A stretch of 64,000 bases of DNA from an uncultured bacterium (GTDB lineage Bacteria; Patescibacteriota; JACMRA01): positions 1 to 64,000 of the forward strand of contig CAWAQU010000006.1 of the NCBI GenBank assembly GCA_963784355.1, read 5' to 3'. This document shows, piece by piece, positions 49,639 to 60,500 of the stretch. How positions within the stretch are numbered: position 1 is the stretch's first letter; every line of letters begins with the position of its first letter. A model generated the notes under the pieces. The model did no database searches and was not told where the DNA came from. It saw nothing but the letters and a program-made list of their open reading frames with translations. A program made the position numbers and the translations under genes.

Positions 49639-52600
49639 TTATCTATCAAGACTCCCCTCATCAACAGATAAAGCAAGCTGTTCATCCACTTTTCTATCAT
49701 ATTGATCAGCAGTTTCTGTAACTTGCGCATTTACTTTAATACCTAATGCAGTCAACTCATTAGCTAATACAATAAATGAACTAGGTAAATTAGGACTGAA
49801 TATTGGTTTTTCTCTTACTATTGCTTCAAATGCTGCATCCCTACCTTTTACATCATCAGATTTTATAGTCAACATTTCTTGTAAAGCATAAGCCGCGCCA
49901 TAAGCTTCTAATGCCCACACCTCCATTTCTCCAAATCTTTGCCCTCCTGAATGGCTTCTTCCTCCGAGAGGTTGCTGTGTAACCAGTGAGTAAGGCCCTG
50001 TAGAACGAGTGTGCACCTTGTCATCAACTAAATGGTGAAGCTTGTTTAGATACAAATACCCTACTACGATAGGTCTATCATATTTATTTCCTGTTTGTCC
50101 ATCCCACAAATCAACCTTACCATCTTCTCTAAATCCAGCTTGTATCAACTGTTCTCTTACAATATCCACGGAAATTTCGTTTAAAGGTTGGGTTATGGCC
50201 ATCAAACCTTCTTTTTTACATATTAATCCCAAGTGCGTCTCTAAAAGCTGCCCTAGATTCATACGTCCAATAACACCAAGCGGATTAAGCACAACATCAA
50301 TAGGCACTCCATCTGCTGTATATGGCATATCATTTACAGGAAGTACGACTGAAACTACTCCTTTATTTCCATGTCTTCCGGCCATTTTATCACCAGGTTT
50401 GATTTTTCTGGTAGTAGCTAACCAAATATGCACTCTTTGAATAACGTCATTAGGTAAAGGATCACCTTTGCTTCTGTTAAATACTCTAATTGAAACTACC
50501 TTACCATTTAAACCGTGCTCCAAATATAATGAGCTATCTTTTACATCTCTGGAATATTCACCAAATAATACGCGGATTAATTTATCTTCAGGAGAAAGAT
50601 CAACCTCTCCTTTTGGAGTAATTTTACCTACTAAAATGTCGCCTGATTCTACATAAGCACCTTGATGGATAATACCATCTTTATCCAACTTTCTTAGCTT
50701 ATCACTTGCAACGTTAGGAATATCTCTAGTAATTTCTTCATTTCCTAATCTTGTTTCGTGCACATCACAAGTCAATTGGTAGATATGTGTTGAAGTAAAT
50801 TTATCGTCTGCAACAAGCCTTTCAGATAAAATAATAGCATCTTCAAAATTATAACCTTTGAATGGCATAAATGCAACACGTACATTTTGTCCAATTGCAA
50901 ATTCTCCATTATATATACCAAATCCTTCTACTAAAATGTCGCCTTTAACAACTTTTTCTCCCGGTCTTACCCTTACTTTTTGATTAATTGTAGAATTTCC
51001 GTTTGCAGGTAAAAATTTAAGTGGTTTATAAAAATATTTTTCTTTAGTTTTAGCATCTTGTATAGTTACTTCAGTGCTATCAGCCTTCAAAACTACTCCA
51101 TCACATTCAGAAATAAACATGTAACCACTATAATCCGCAGCAATTTTCTCAAATCCAGTTGCAACGATTGGTTGTTCCGGTCTTACCAAAGGAAGAGCTT
51201 GCCCTTGTTGATTTGTTCCCATGAGTACACGTGTACCGTCAGTTTGAGCTACAAAAGGAACCATACAAGTAGAAAGACTAAAAATTTGATTGGACGCCAC
51301 ATCCATAAACTCTACCTCTTCTACGCTTACTTGAACAGGATTTCCTTCTTTTCTAGCACCGACTGTTTCAATTTGAATATGACCCAATTCATCAACCTGG
51401 TTAATGTTTTCTGCAATTATATTTCTCATTTCTTCTTCACTACTAAACCAAACTATTTCATTTGATACATGCTTTCCTACCTTAACATCATAATTCGGAT
51501 CTACTGAGTTCAATTTTTCCCAAACATCTTGAGTTACTAATTGACCTACTTTAAACTGTCTTTTACCATCAATTACTATATCTTCTTGGATTATTCTAGA
51601 AATCAAATTTTTGTCAGAAGCTTTAAGACTATTTTTAATTCTAAGGTATGGAGTTTCTAAAAAGCCCATTTTATTGATTCTGGAATAAATTGCCGCGTGT
51701 AAATTTAAACCAAAAGCAGGGCCTTCAGGAGTATTTACAGGACAAATTCTACCATAGTAACTAGGTTGTACGTCACGTACTTCAAAACCAGCTCTTTCTC
51801 TTGTCAAACCTCCTGGCCCGGCACATGTCATAAACTGTCTCTGATCCATTTCAGACAATAGATTAGTTTGATCCATGAATCTGGACAATTGTGAAGTATT
51901 GAAGAAATCATCGACCATTGCAGCAAGTGGTCTCATATTTACCAGTTGAGCAGGAGTAAAGTTCTGATCTTCGTTAAGTGTCATTTTATCTTTTGTATTT
52001 CTAACAACTCTACTTAATCCGGCTTTAAATGTATTTCCAAGCCATTCACCCACACCTCTTACTCTTCTGTTGCTTAGTGAGTCAATATTATCAGGCTCCA
52101 CTTTTTCTACTGCCATCCTTACCAATTCTTTCATCGCAGCTGTAATCTCTCCAACTGACAAAGTTTTCTTATAATCACTACCTGCTTCAGGTTTAGATTT
52201 AAAATCAAGTCTTGTATCAAATTTATATCTACCAACTCCTCCAAAATCATACTTTGCACCGTCTTCAAATAATGAAACTAAGTATTTCCTACCTTGTTCA
52301 ATTGAAACAATATCTCCAGGACGTATCTTTTTGTAAATTGAATTTACGGCATCTTCAATACCAAAAGCAGAATCTTTTTCTAAAGTAGCTTGAATATAGC
52401 TAATCTTTTCATCTGTATCTACATCTTTAAACAAACTAATGATTTCAGCTTCTTTTGTAATACCAAATAATTTCAACAGTTGCGTTGCAGGGAATTTTTT
52501 CTTTCGATCTATTCTTGCATAAATAACTCCATCAGCACCAACTTCCAAATCTACCCAGATTCCACGGCTTGGAATAATTCTAGCTGTGTAAACAAATAAA

Positions 52601-53049
52601 CCTTTTTCCAGTTCTCTGGTATATAAAAGACCTGGTGATTTTACAAGCTGACTAACAACTATTTTCTGCACTCCATTAATAATAAAGTTACCTTTCCTTG
52701 TCATTAAAGGAATATTTCCTACAAAAACTCTTTGATTCTTTTTTTCCTTAGTGACTAGATTTTCTACGGTTACGCTTGCATATAAAGGTGCAGAATAGGT
52801 AGTTCCTTCCAACAATGCTTTATACTCATCCATTGCAGGATCAGCCTCTAAATAAAACTCTGGCCCTATATTGATTTGCCATCTACCTGAGCTGGTATCA
52901 CTAATTGGGCTAAATTCTTGAAATATCTTTGATAGATCCTGAGTCCAAAAATTTTGGTAGGAATCTTTTTGCATTGAATTTAAATTGGGAACAGGAAAAA
53001 CATTTTGCTTTACACCGAAGCTACTACGCTGAACTTTTTTGATGGCCAT
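49639..53049 (-). CDS. rpoB: RNA polymerase beta subunit
   Basis: FIINGVQKIVVSQL, GRICPVNTPEG, GDKMAGRHGNKG, GQRFGEMEVWALEAYGAA. Confidence 0.99.
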   Translation of the reverse strand: MAIKKVQRSSFGVKQNVFPVPNLNSMQKDSYQNFWTQDLSKIFQEFSPISDTSSGRWQINIGPEFYLEADPAMDEYKALLEGTTYSAPLYASVTVENLVTKEKKNQRVFVGNIPLMTRKGNFIINGVQKIVVSQLVKSPGLLYTRELEKGLFVYTARIIPSRGIWVDLEVGADGVIYARIDRKKKFPATQLLKLFGITKEAEIISLFKDVDTDEKISYIQATLEKDSAFGIEDAVNSIYKKIRPGDIVSIEQGRKYLVSLFEDGAKYDFGGVGRYKFDTRLDFKSKPEAGSDYKKTLSVGEITAAMKELVRMAVEKVEPDNIDSLSNRRVRGVGEWLGNTFKAGLSRVVRNTKDKMTLNEDQNFTPAQLVNMRPLAAMVDDFFNTSQLSRFMDQTNLLSEMDQRQFMTCAGPGGLTRERAGFEVRDVQPSYYGRICPVNTPEGPAFGLNLHAAIYSRINKMGFLETPYLRIKNSLKASDKNLISRIIQEDIVIDGKRQFKVGQLVTQDVWEKLNSVDPNYDVKVGKHVSNEIVWFSSEEEMRNIIAENINQVDELGHIQIETVGARKEGNPVQVSVEEVEFMDVASNQIFSLSTCMVPFVAQTDGTRVLMGTNQQGQALPLVRPEQPIVATGFEKIAADYSGYMFISECDGVVLKADSTEVTIQDAKTKEKYFYKPLKFLPANGNSTINQKVRVRPGEKVVKGDILVEGFGIYNGEFAIGQNVRVAFMPFKGYNFEDAIILSERLVADDKFTSTHIYQLTCDVHETRLGNEEITRDIPNVASDKLRKLDKDGIIHQGAYVESGDILVGKITPKGEVDLSPEDKLIRVLFGEYSRDVKDSSLYLEHGLNGKVVSIRVFNRSKGDPLPNDVIQRVHIWLATTRKIKPGDKMAGRHGNKGVVSVVLPVNDMPYTADGVPIDVVLNPLGVIGRMNLGQLLETHLGLICKKEGLMAITQPLNEISVDIVREQLIQAGFREDGKVDLWDGQTGNKYDRPIVVGYLYLNKLHHLVDDKVHTRSTGPYSLVTQQPLGGRSHSGGQRFGEMEVWALEAYGAAYALQEMLTIKSDDVKGRDAAFEAIVREKPIFSPNLPSSFIVLANELTALGIKVNAQVTETADQYDRKVDEQLALSVDEGSLDR

Positions 53050-53147
53050 AAATATATGTAATAACGATTGAAATCCTCTTTTTTGTCAAGCTGGCTCTTT
53101 TTTATTCAAAAAATCTTGTTTGGAAAGAAATACATCTTACTCACCAA

Positions 53148-54845
53148 TTACAATTTTGCACTTTTCAATTTTAAATACAAATTTTTTAGGTTTTCATCCA
53201 AAGCAAAACTTATTAATTTACTATCCAAATAATGAATGACCGTACTCCACATACTCTGTCTTTGATTGAGATCAAGTAGCTCTTTTTTTTCATCAATAAT
53301 CATCGCCATAATTTCAGTATTTTCCTCCAGATAATTACCAAAGCTTGAATAGTTATCCAATTGCGGCAATAAAGGTTTCAATAATTCAAAAGAGTGAGCA
53401 ATATTTTCGATAAATTCCGGCTGTATACTCAAAGTTGCCGCCAGTAAATTTTCCCAGGATAAATAAACTGACTGTTCCAAACTCAATCCCTTATCATTAT
53501 CTTCAGTATTATCCGGCTTTATTTCTAATGTATTATCTTTTACTAGGCTATCAAGCACGCTAAAACTTACCCCACTTATTTCACTTAATTTTTTTAAATA
53601 ATGTTCTCTGGAAACAGGATCTAAAACTTCCAGCAAATCAACTACCTTATGTATGGCTTCTTTTTGTGTATTTAAATCTCCACTTTTCAATTCCATATTA
53701 AGTCTTGATAACATCCAGGTTAGATATTCTGTAATATTTAATTCTTTAGGATTTTCAATTGATAAAAATTCATCCAAATCTTTATACTGAGTCGGAATCA
53801 CAACTTTTTGTACATTAAAACCCAACATTGTTGCCGCTTTAAACAGTTTATCAGAAGAAATAATCCCGGCCTCATCATTATCAAAAGCAACCTGAATATT
53901 TTTAGTCACATTTTTCAGAATTTTCAGCTGATTTTCCGTGAAAGAAGTACCTTGACTAGCTAAAGTATTTTTAAAACCTGCCTTAAAGCTCCCTACTACA
54001 TCCATATTTCCTTCTACAATAATTGCAGCTTTAGTTTGTAAAATATGGGTTCGAGCCAGATGCAGTCCAAACCACAAATCACTTTTATTAAACCAGATAC
54101 TTTGAGGCGAATTTAAATATTTTGGTCTTTCAGTTTTATCATATGGCAACACCCTACCTGTAAAGCCTACTACCCTACCCTGACGGTCAAAAACTGGTAT
54201 CATCAACCTATCTGAAAATTTGTCGCTGAGTTTTGCATTTTGATTTTCTTGCTCTTTTTCTTTAAACACACCAATGTCCAGCATTAACTCAGTATTCAAA
54301 TTGTATTTTTGAGCCAAACTAAGTAACATATTACCTCTCGGAGCATAGCCTAGCTTAAATTCATCAATGATTTCCTGTGTCAAACCTCTTTCCAGACAAT
54401 ATTTAGTTATAGGATTTTCTCTATCTTGTAAGACTCTTAAAAGTATTTTGTAATATACCTCACTCGTCCATTCAAGTAATTTTAGTCCTTGTTCAAACTT
54501 ACCAATACTAACTTTTTCTTGTTCAGGATCACTATTCTCATGATAGTCACTGTATTCTTTAGTTTTTTTCAACTCAACTCCAGCTTTTTTGGCAAGTTTA
54601 GTTAGTACCTCTTTTTTTGTAATATTCTCAATTTGCGTTACAAAAGCAAAAATATCACCCCCTGCCCCACAACCAAAGCAATGCCAAATTTTTTTTTCCG
54701 AATTAATCACTAGCGACGGACTTTTTTCACGATGAAATGGACACAACGCTTTATAAACACTGCCTTGAGTTTGCACAGGAATATACTCTTGAATCACATC
54801 TTCAATAGCCAATCTATCTTTTACCTCCTGCCAAACTGAATACAT
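53148..54845 (-). CDS. dnaG: DNA primase
   Basis: CPFHREKSPS, CFGCG, KYLNSP, VEGNMDV, FDNDEAG, KDLDE. Confidence 0.97.
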   Translation of the reverse strand: MYSVWQEVKDRLAIEDVIQEYIPVQTQGSVYKALCPFHREKSPSLVINSEKKIWHCFGCGAGGDIFAFVTQIENITKKEVLTKLAKKAGVELKKTKEYSDYHENSDPEQEKVSIGKFEQGLKLLEWTSEVYYKILLRVLQDRENPITKYCLERGLTQEIIDEFKLGYAPRGNMLLSLAQKYNLNTELMLDIGVFKEKEQENQNAKLSDKFSDRLMIPVFDRQGRVVGFTGRVLPYDKTERPKYLNSPQSIWFNKSDLWFGLHLARTHILQTKAAIIVEGNMDVVGSFKAGFKNTLASQGTSFTENQLKILKNVTKNIQVAFDNDEAGIISSDKLFKAATMLGFNVQKVVIPTQYKDLDEFLSIENPKELNITEYLTWMLSRLNMELKSGDLNTQKEAIHKVVDLLEVLDPVSREHYLKKLSEISGVSFSVLDSLVKDNTLEIKPDNTEDNDKGLSLEQSVYLSWENLLAATLSIQPEFIENIAHSFELLKPLLPQLDNYSSFGNYLEENTEIMAMIIDEKKELLDLNQRQSMWSTVIHYLDSKLISFALDENLKNLYLKLKSAKL

Positions 54846-54850
54846 GATCT

Positions 54851-54880
54851 AATATAAATATACTTTTCATTTTTTGGCAA
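54851..54880 (-). promoter_or_regulatory. Sigma70 promoter of dnaG (leaderless)
   Basis: TTGCCA-N18-TATATT, 5 nt before ATG. Confidence 0.55.
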
Positions 54881-54884
54881 TATT

Positions 54885-54896
54885 GACTTCGTATAA
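54885..54896 (+). other. dif-arm-like 12-mer (satellite 5)
   Basis: GACTTCGTATAA, intergenic. Confidence 0.75.
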
Positions 54897-54907
54897 CATG
54901 TTAAAGA

Positions 54908-56059
54908 TTAGTCTTTTTTAAATTTCCACACTAATTTTCTCAAATTATCTTTATAACCTGTACGTAAAAATATAATTTTACCCCATAACCACGATTTTAA
55001 GGGATTTATAGGTAAAACAAAAAGTCCGTAATTATCAATTCTATAGCCGCCAAAACTAAGCTTGTGGTCTGAATAACCTGAATGTTGACCGGAATTAGGC
55101 ACTACCCCCCAAAAATCATAGGTTTTTGAACCATATTTCTTAGCTGCTAGAATTGACTCCCAGCGCAACAAATACATAGCTTTAACCTGTGGATGCAGTC
55201 TATTGGAAGCAGCATAAAAAGATGAAGACCAGTATTTTGTTCTTTGGGAAATATTGATAGCAATCACATCACCCTCATAGCTAGCTTCAAAAAGTGAGAT
55301 ATTATTAGTACCCTTAAATACCTCAAATAGTCTAACAAAGCTTTTCAGGGGTCTAATCGGATAGCCTTTAGCTCTTTTCTGAGTTTCCAGTAATAAATTG
55401 TAGAATTGCTCAATTTTATCATGAATTTCAGGAGAATCAGGAGTATGCTCTTTTACAACTACACCTTTTTTCTGAGCCAACTTTATATTATAACGAGTAT
55501 TTTTATGGCAAAGACCAAGTAAATTTTCCTTTGTAGCAGAAAGATCATAATACAATTTGTATTTTGGCTGTACATTTCTAGGTGTTTTTTTAAATCCGTT
55601 TTTTATAAGTATTTCCGATAGTTCCGGATCAACGAAGTGTTCTAAATCTAAAGGTAATTCAACTTCCAAATTTGCGTTAACTCCTATTTTAGGCTCAATC
55701 TCAAGAGTAAAAATGTTATATTTCTGGGTAATTTTTTTAAGTTCAGCTATAAATAATGGTAAGGCAGTTTCTAAATTCATTTTATCAGTAAAAATAGGCC
55801 CGTGTGGTACGTACCCGTAATTTCCTAAAAACCCGGCTTTTTTATACAATATCTGCGCCCCAAATAACAACCTGTCACTTTCACCTGACTTCTCGAAAAC
55901 CCCTACTTTTAATGATTTCCAGTCTTCTTCTTTTTTAACTTCACCCCATTCATGAAATTGTAATATATCACCCCATTTGGAATTATCTACAAACTCATCC
56001 CACATTTTAAGCTCAATTTCCAAAAGCTCCCTAACTATAAATTCCGAAGACATAAACAT
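54908..56059 (-). CDS. FemABX/MurM family peptidoglycan bridge aminoacyltransferase
   Basis: LQFHEWGEVK, YVPHGP, NTRYNIKLAQKKGV, YDFWG, KLSFGG. Confidence 0.9.
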   Translation of the reverse strand: MFMSSEFIVRELLEIELKMWDEFVDNSKWGDILQFHEWGEVKKEEDWKSLKVGVFEKSGESDRLLFGAQILYKKAGFLGNYGYVPHGPIFTDKMNLETALPLFIAELKKITQKYNIFTLEIEPKIGVNANLEVELPLDLEHFVDPELSEILIKNGFKKTPRNVQPKYKLYYDLSATKENLLGLCHKNTRYNIKLAQKKGVVVKEHTPDSPEIHDKIEQFYNLLLETQKRAKGYPIRPLKSFVRLFEVFKGTNNISLFEASYEGDVIAINISQRTKYWSSSFYAASNRLHPQVKAMYLLRWESILAAKKYGSKTYDFWGVVPNSGQHSGYSDHKLSFGGYRIDNYGLFVLPINPLKSWLWGKIIFLRTGYKDNLRKLVWKFKKD

Positions 56060-56237
56060 TTATCTCATCTTGCAGATTTAAAATAATGTCAATTTTACCA
56101 ATGATAGCTAAAACTATTTAATATTAAATTTATGAATGAGAAAACAACTGTCTGAGTTACGATACATTTAAAATTACCGCTAAATTCAAATAACGAGTTT
56201 TGTTTTAGAGTAAGTAAGTTTAGTATTAAATGGCCAC

Positions 56238-56263
56238 AAAAAAAACCCGGTAAAAACCGGAGT
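56238..56263 (-). terminator. Intrinsic terminator
   Basis: Minus strand ccgg-ttttta-ccgg-g followed by T8. Confidence 0.65.
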
Positions 56264-56286
56264 AAAATTTAAAGTTAATTTTTTAA

Positions 56287-57495
56287 TTAGAAAGCGTATG
56301 TAGAATAACCATCGTATGTTCTAACTACACCATTAGGATCGTTAGCTCTAGGTCCTCCAATATCAGGATTTTCCCAGTCTAAGAAGTTGAATGAAATTAT
56401 CTTGTAATCTCCATCATTAGCTCCTAAACTACACTCTACAGGGTTACCGTTACGTACCATCTTACTTCCGTTTCTCTCATATAAATCACCTACTCTTACA
56501 CCATTTACTGTTGCTCTATAAACACAAGCTGTAGATCTATATCCATCATCCCAAGAAGCGTAAAAAGTATGAGTATGAATAAACATGTTTGTGTTTGCAT
56601 TGTTGTTTCCTGCTAATTGTCCACCATATTTAGTTCTAAAGAAACTCATACACTGATCAACGTTACTGTCATTAAATCCAAACCAAGTCTTACATTCATC
56701 TCTTGTAGGGTATTTGATTACATAAATATATTGAAATGCATGAATACTTCTTTCTTCAACAGTAGCGTTGTTTTGGAATTTACATTCTTTAGAAGGGTTG
56801 TTTACATCAATACCATAATCGCTAGGTTTGTAGGTGTCTAACCCATTAAGGCTAGATCTTACAGAAATTTGTCCATTTTGGATATCACAGTTACCACCTA
56901 AGTAAGTATATTTGTTATTTCCTAAATCAATCAATTTATCTACACCTGTACTGAACCATCTAGGTACTCCCTGCCCTTGTAGACAGTTGCTACCATAACT
57001 TGGGTAAATTCTACATTTGTACTCATCAGTAAAGATCTTATCAAGCTTTACATTTTCTGCTCTATTTACTGAAGCAACTGCTTGTTTTACACTTGCATCT
57101 TCATTATAAGTACTTACATTTTGATTGGTTACACCCATTAAAGGTAAGTTTAGACTACAAAAGTCTTGCTTTGTATTACCTGTATTGGTATAAATTGTAT
57201 CAAAATTACAATAGTTATTTTTTTGTGCAGCCCCATTTACAAAAAGTTTGTCTTGGCTTACACATCCTTTTTTATCATATGGTTTGGTATTTGAGTTACC
57301 GGCAGCTAAGTCTGCAACTTTTTGTCCAAAATTAAAAACTTCCATACAAGCAATCATGCTCATTGAAAAATCTTGTGATTGAGAGGGGATTGTAGTAGCC
57401 GCATAACTTGGAATACTAAAACCCAAGAGACTAACAAAAGCCAAAGCTAAAGTTATATTTCTTAATTGTTTTTTTGCAAATTTATATATAGTCAT
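56287..57495 (-). CDS. Secreted Cys-rich hypothetical protein
   Basis: Signal peptide ending SYAA; 12 Cys; Asn/Tyr-rich. Confidence 0.8.
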   Translation of the reverse strand: MTIYKFAKKQLRNITLALAFVSLLGFSIPSYAATTIPSQSQDFSMSMIACMEVFNFGQKVADLAAGNSNTKPYDKKGCVSQDKLFVNGAAQKNNYCNFDTIYTNTGNTKQDFCSLNLPLMGVTNQNVSTYNEDASVKQAVASVNRAENVKLDKIFTDEYKCRIYPSYGSNCLQGQGVPRWFSTGVDKLIDLGNNKYTYLGGNCDIQNGQISVRSSLNGLDTYKPSDYGIDVNNPSKECKFQNNATVEERSIHAFQYIYVIKYPTRDECKTWFGFNDSNVDQCMSFFRTKYGGQLAGNNNANTNMFIHTHTFYASWDDGYRSTACVYRATVNGVRVGDLYERNGSKMVRNGNPVECSLGANDGDYKIISFNFLDWENPDIGGPRANDPNGVVRTYDGYSTYAF

Positions 57496-57553
57496 ATTTC
57501 AATTCTAATTAAGTTTATAGCACATATTTTTAAGATAGTCAACAGGGTTTAAA

Positions 57554-60500
57554 TTAGTTACCACCACCCGCTTGAGGAACCCAAGGATTTGTATTAACTC
57601 CATTATTAAATTGGATTGACGGCCTTACTGGTTGCACTATTGGTGGTGGAGTTGTTGGTGCAATAGGCGTTACTACTTGCCCTGGTAATGACCCTGGAAG
57701 AGTTTCGGGAGTTCCAATTCCGCTACCCACACCTACATCAGGTTTAACTATAACAGGTGTTTCAGGCACTACTACTTCGGGTACTTGTGGTTGTACTGGC
57801 ACTGTTGGCTGTGTTGGAGTTACTGGTGGTTGCACTATTGGTGGTGGAGTTGTTGGTGCAATAGGCGTTACTACTTGCCCTGGTAATGACCCTGGAAGAG
57901 TTTCGGGAGTTCCAATTCCGCTACCCACACCTACATCAGGTTTAACTATAACAGGTGTTTCAGGCACTACTACTTCGGGTACTTGTGGTTGTACTGGCAC
58001 TGTTGGCTGTGTTGGAGTTACTGGTGGTTGCTCAATTACTGGAACTACATCAGGCTTTGGCACTACTACTTCTGCTGGAGTTGATGTTGGTACTGTTGGT
58101 GATTGAACATTACTTGTTGGTATATTTACCTCAGGTTTAACTGGAGCAGTAGGTATTGGCCCCTGTTGCCCTGTTGTTGCTGGAGTTGTTGTACCAGTTG
58201 AAACACCTTCATTAACGTTCACACTTGGTTTTGGGGCTGGAGCAGTAGGTACCTCTACTCCATTACCTGTTGAACTTGGTTGTGTTGGTGATGTAGATCC
58301 TCCTTGATTTGGAGTTACATTTTTAGGAGCCTCAGGCGTTGGCCCTTGATTTGGCTGTGATGTTGGAGTTGTTTCCGAAGTTGCATTACCTTGCTCCCTT
58401 TTAATTTCTTTTTTCACTTCAGGTTGGCTATGACTAGGTGTAGCTACAAGTGAAATTCTGCTATTTCTTTGCTCAATTTCAGCTAAATGTACTTCTTTCA
58501 CAGCTTTCAAAGCTTGACATAGTGCCACATCCTGCAAATCGCTTTCTGTACTCATAGTTACTTCCATGTATCTGCTACTACCAATACTTAGGAATAATTT
58601 TCCTGTAAATAGACCTAGAATGCTTGATGATGATCCTTTTTTCAAGTTGAATGAAGTAATATCACTTCTAGCGAATCCTTCTATAATCATTTTAGCATTT
58701 TTAGTATCTCCGTTTGCAATCAAAACATTCAAGCCTTCAATTACATCATGCATAGTTACATTAGGTGCAACATTTCTATTGGGTATTCCTGCTAATTTTT
58801 GTTTTAGCTGCGCATCTGAAAGAGGTTTAAGATTTGTAATATCTTTTCCGTAAATTGAAATTACATTGTTTTTGAGTGCAGGGAAGCATGATTCAAACAT
58901 TTTTTTAGCAGATTCATGCAATTTTCCAAGTGATTCACCAGCTTCAACTGTATTATTTCCTTTTATTGAATCAACAGCTAATGCAGCTCCACTCGATTTA
59001 GTTTTCTGCTCATATTGAGGTACAGTAAGACATTCTGCTGCTGTGGCTACTACACTAATATTTCCTTTAAACTCAGGTTGATTGACTAAAGACAAATTGT
59101 TGCACCACAAAATTTCGAAAGAGTGGTCATTAAACATTCTAATCCTGGTATTACCATTTTTCAGCAATGTAGCCGTAACATCAAGTTTAGTATTGCTGTT
59201 ATTTGAAACAACCTGGGTAATAACCTTATTTAATAAACCAGCCTCACTAACTGTGGTAATTTTACCTCCACCATTTGCAAATTTCTTTATTTCAGAAGCA
59301 TTGAAATCTCCAGAGGATTTTAAGTATGCTGCTGTAACAGCCTTGGGACTATGTCCGACTTTCTTAATCAAGCTTTGGATTTGTGCTTTATCATGATCTA
59401 ATCCTTTCAATCTTCCTTCAGCTACAATTCCACCTGCCTGTTTTAGGTGTCCTCTAATTTCATCACTTAGATCATTTGTATGACCTGCCATTTGTTCTAG
59501 ACTAGAACTTGCTCCAGTTACTATAACAGGATTACTTCCTGCTACACCCGTTCTTACACCTCTATTTCTTTCAGTTGAAATAATCAAAGCAGTGTTTTGA
59601 ATAGCTTTAGCAACTTGAGCAGCTTCCTCAGCACTATTTATTGTAAAACTCTTACCATTTCCAAGATTGATAGTGTAATTAATTTTACCACTTTTATCAC
59701 TTACTGCTTTAGTAAACGCTGTAATAAATGACGCGCCATTAGCAGTTTCATTTTTAATTACTCCCGCCAATTTTGGATCAGTTTCAGCAGACTTATAAAC
59801 AGCTATAGTTTGTAAAAAGTCATCTTTACTTTCCACTCTAATTCCACCTTTATCTTCACCGCTCCAACTAACAAAACCTCCATATTTTAAAAGTGGTACA
59901 ACAATATGTAATAGTTCCGCTGCCCTTGGTAAGCCATATTTTACTTTGTAATCATTAGAAATTTCATTGTAAATTTTATTTAATCTGGCCACTTCTTGTG
60001 GATTATTTGGACTGAAACCGATTTCACTATTAGTACTGCCTCTTTCATAAATTCCCCAAGGAGTAGGTATAATTATTCCTGAAGTACTAGCTTTTCTTAC
60101 AAATTGTTCTTTACTCAAAGTCTCTTGCCCCTCTGCTTTCAATAATGCATTTAATTCAGAAAGGTTATTATTGAATTCTTTATCTGTAGCTGTACCTCTA
60201 TTCCTGCTATATAAATCACTGTAGCGGTATTGATTTGCCAGATCTAACGCTTCTTTAGCTTGCTCGCTAGTTAACTTATTATACTTTGCCATATGAGCTA
60301 AATCGTTTAATCTTCTAGGCATTCCTCTTGATTCAGAAAAATTACCTTCTCCAAACCCAGCAACAATTTTATTCATTCTACTTAGAGTCACATCCATAAA
60401 CGCTGTCACTCCATCAGCACCCAACGCAGCTTGTGCAAGATTTATATCTCTGATATTTAGTCGGCCATTACTAGCAAGTATTCTATCACCTCCAGGTAAC

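Noticed and set aside
2877-58031. CRISPR array or DGR template/variable repeats among the direct repeats
   Set aside because: All repeats are in-frame intragenic duplications with no spacers or adenine-specific mismatches; no cas or RT genes
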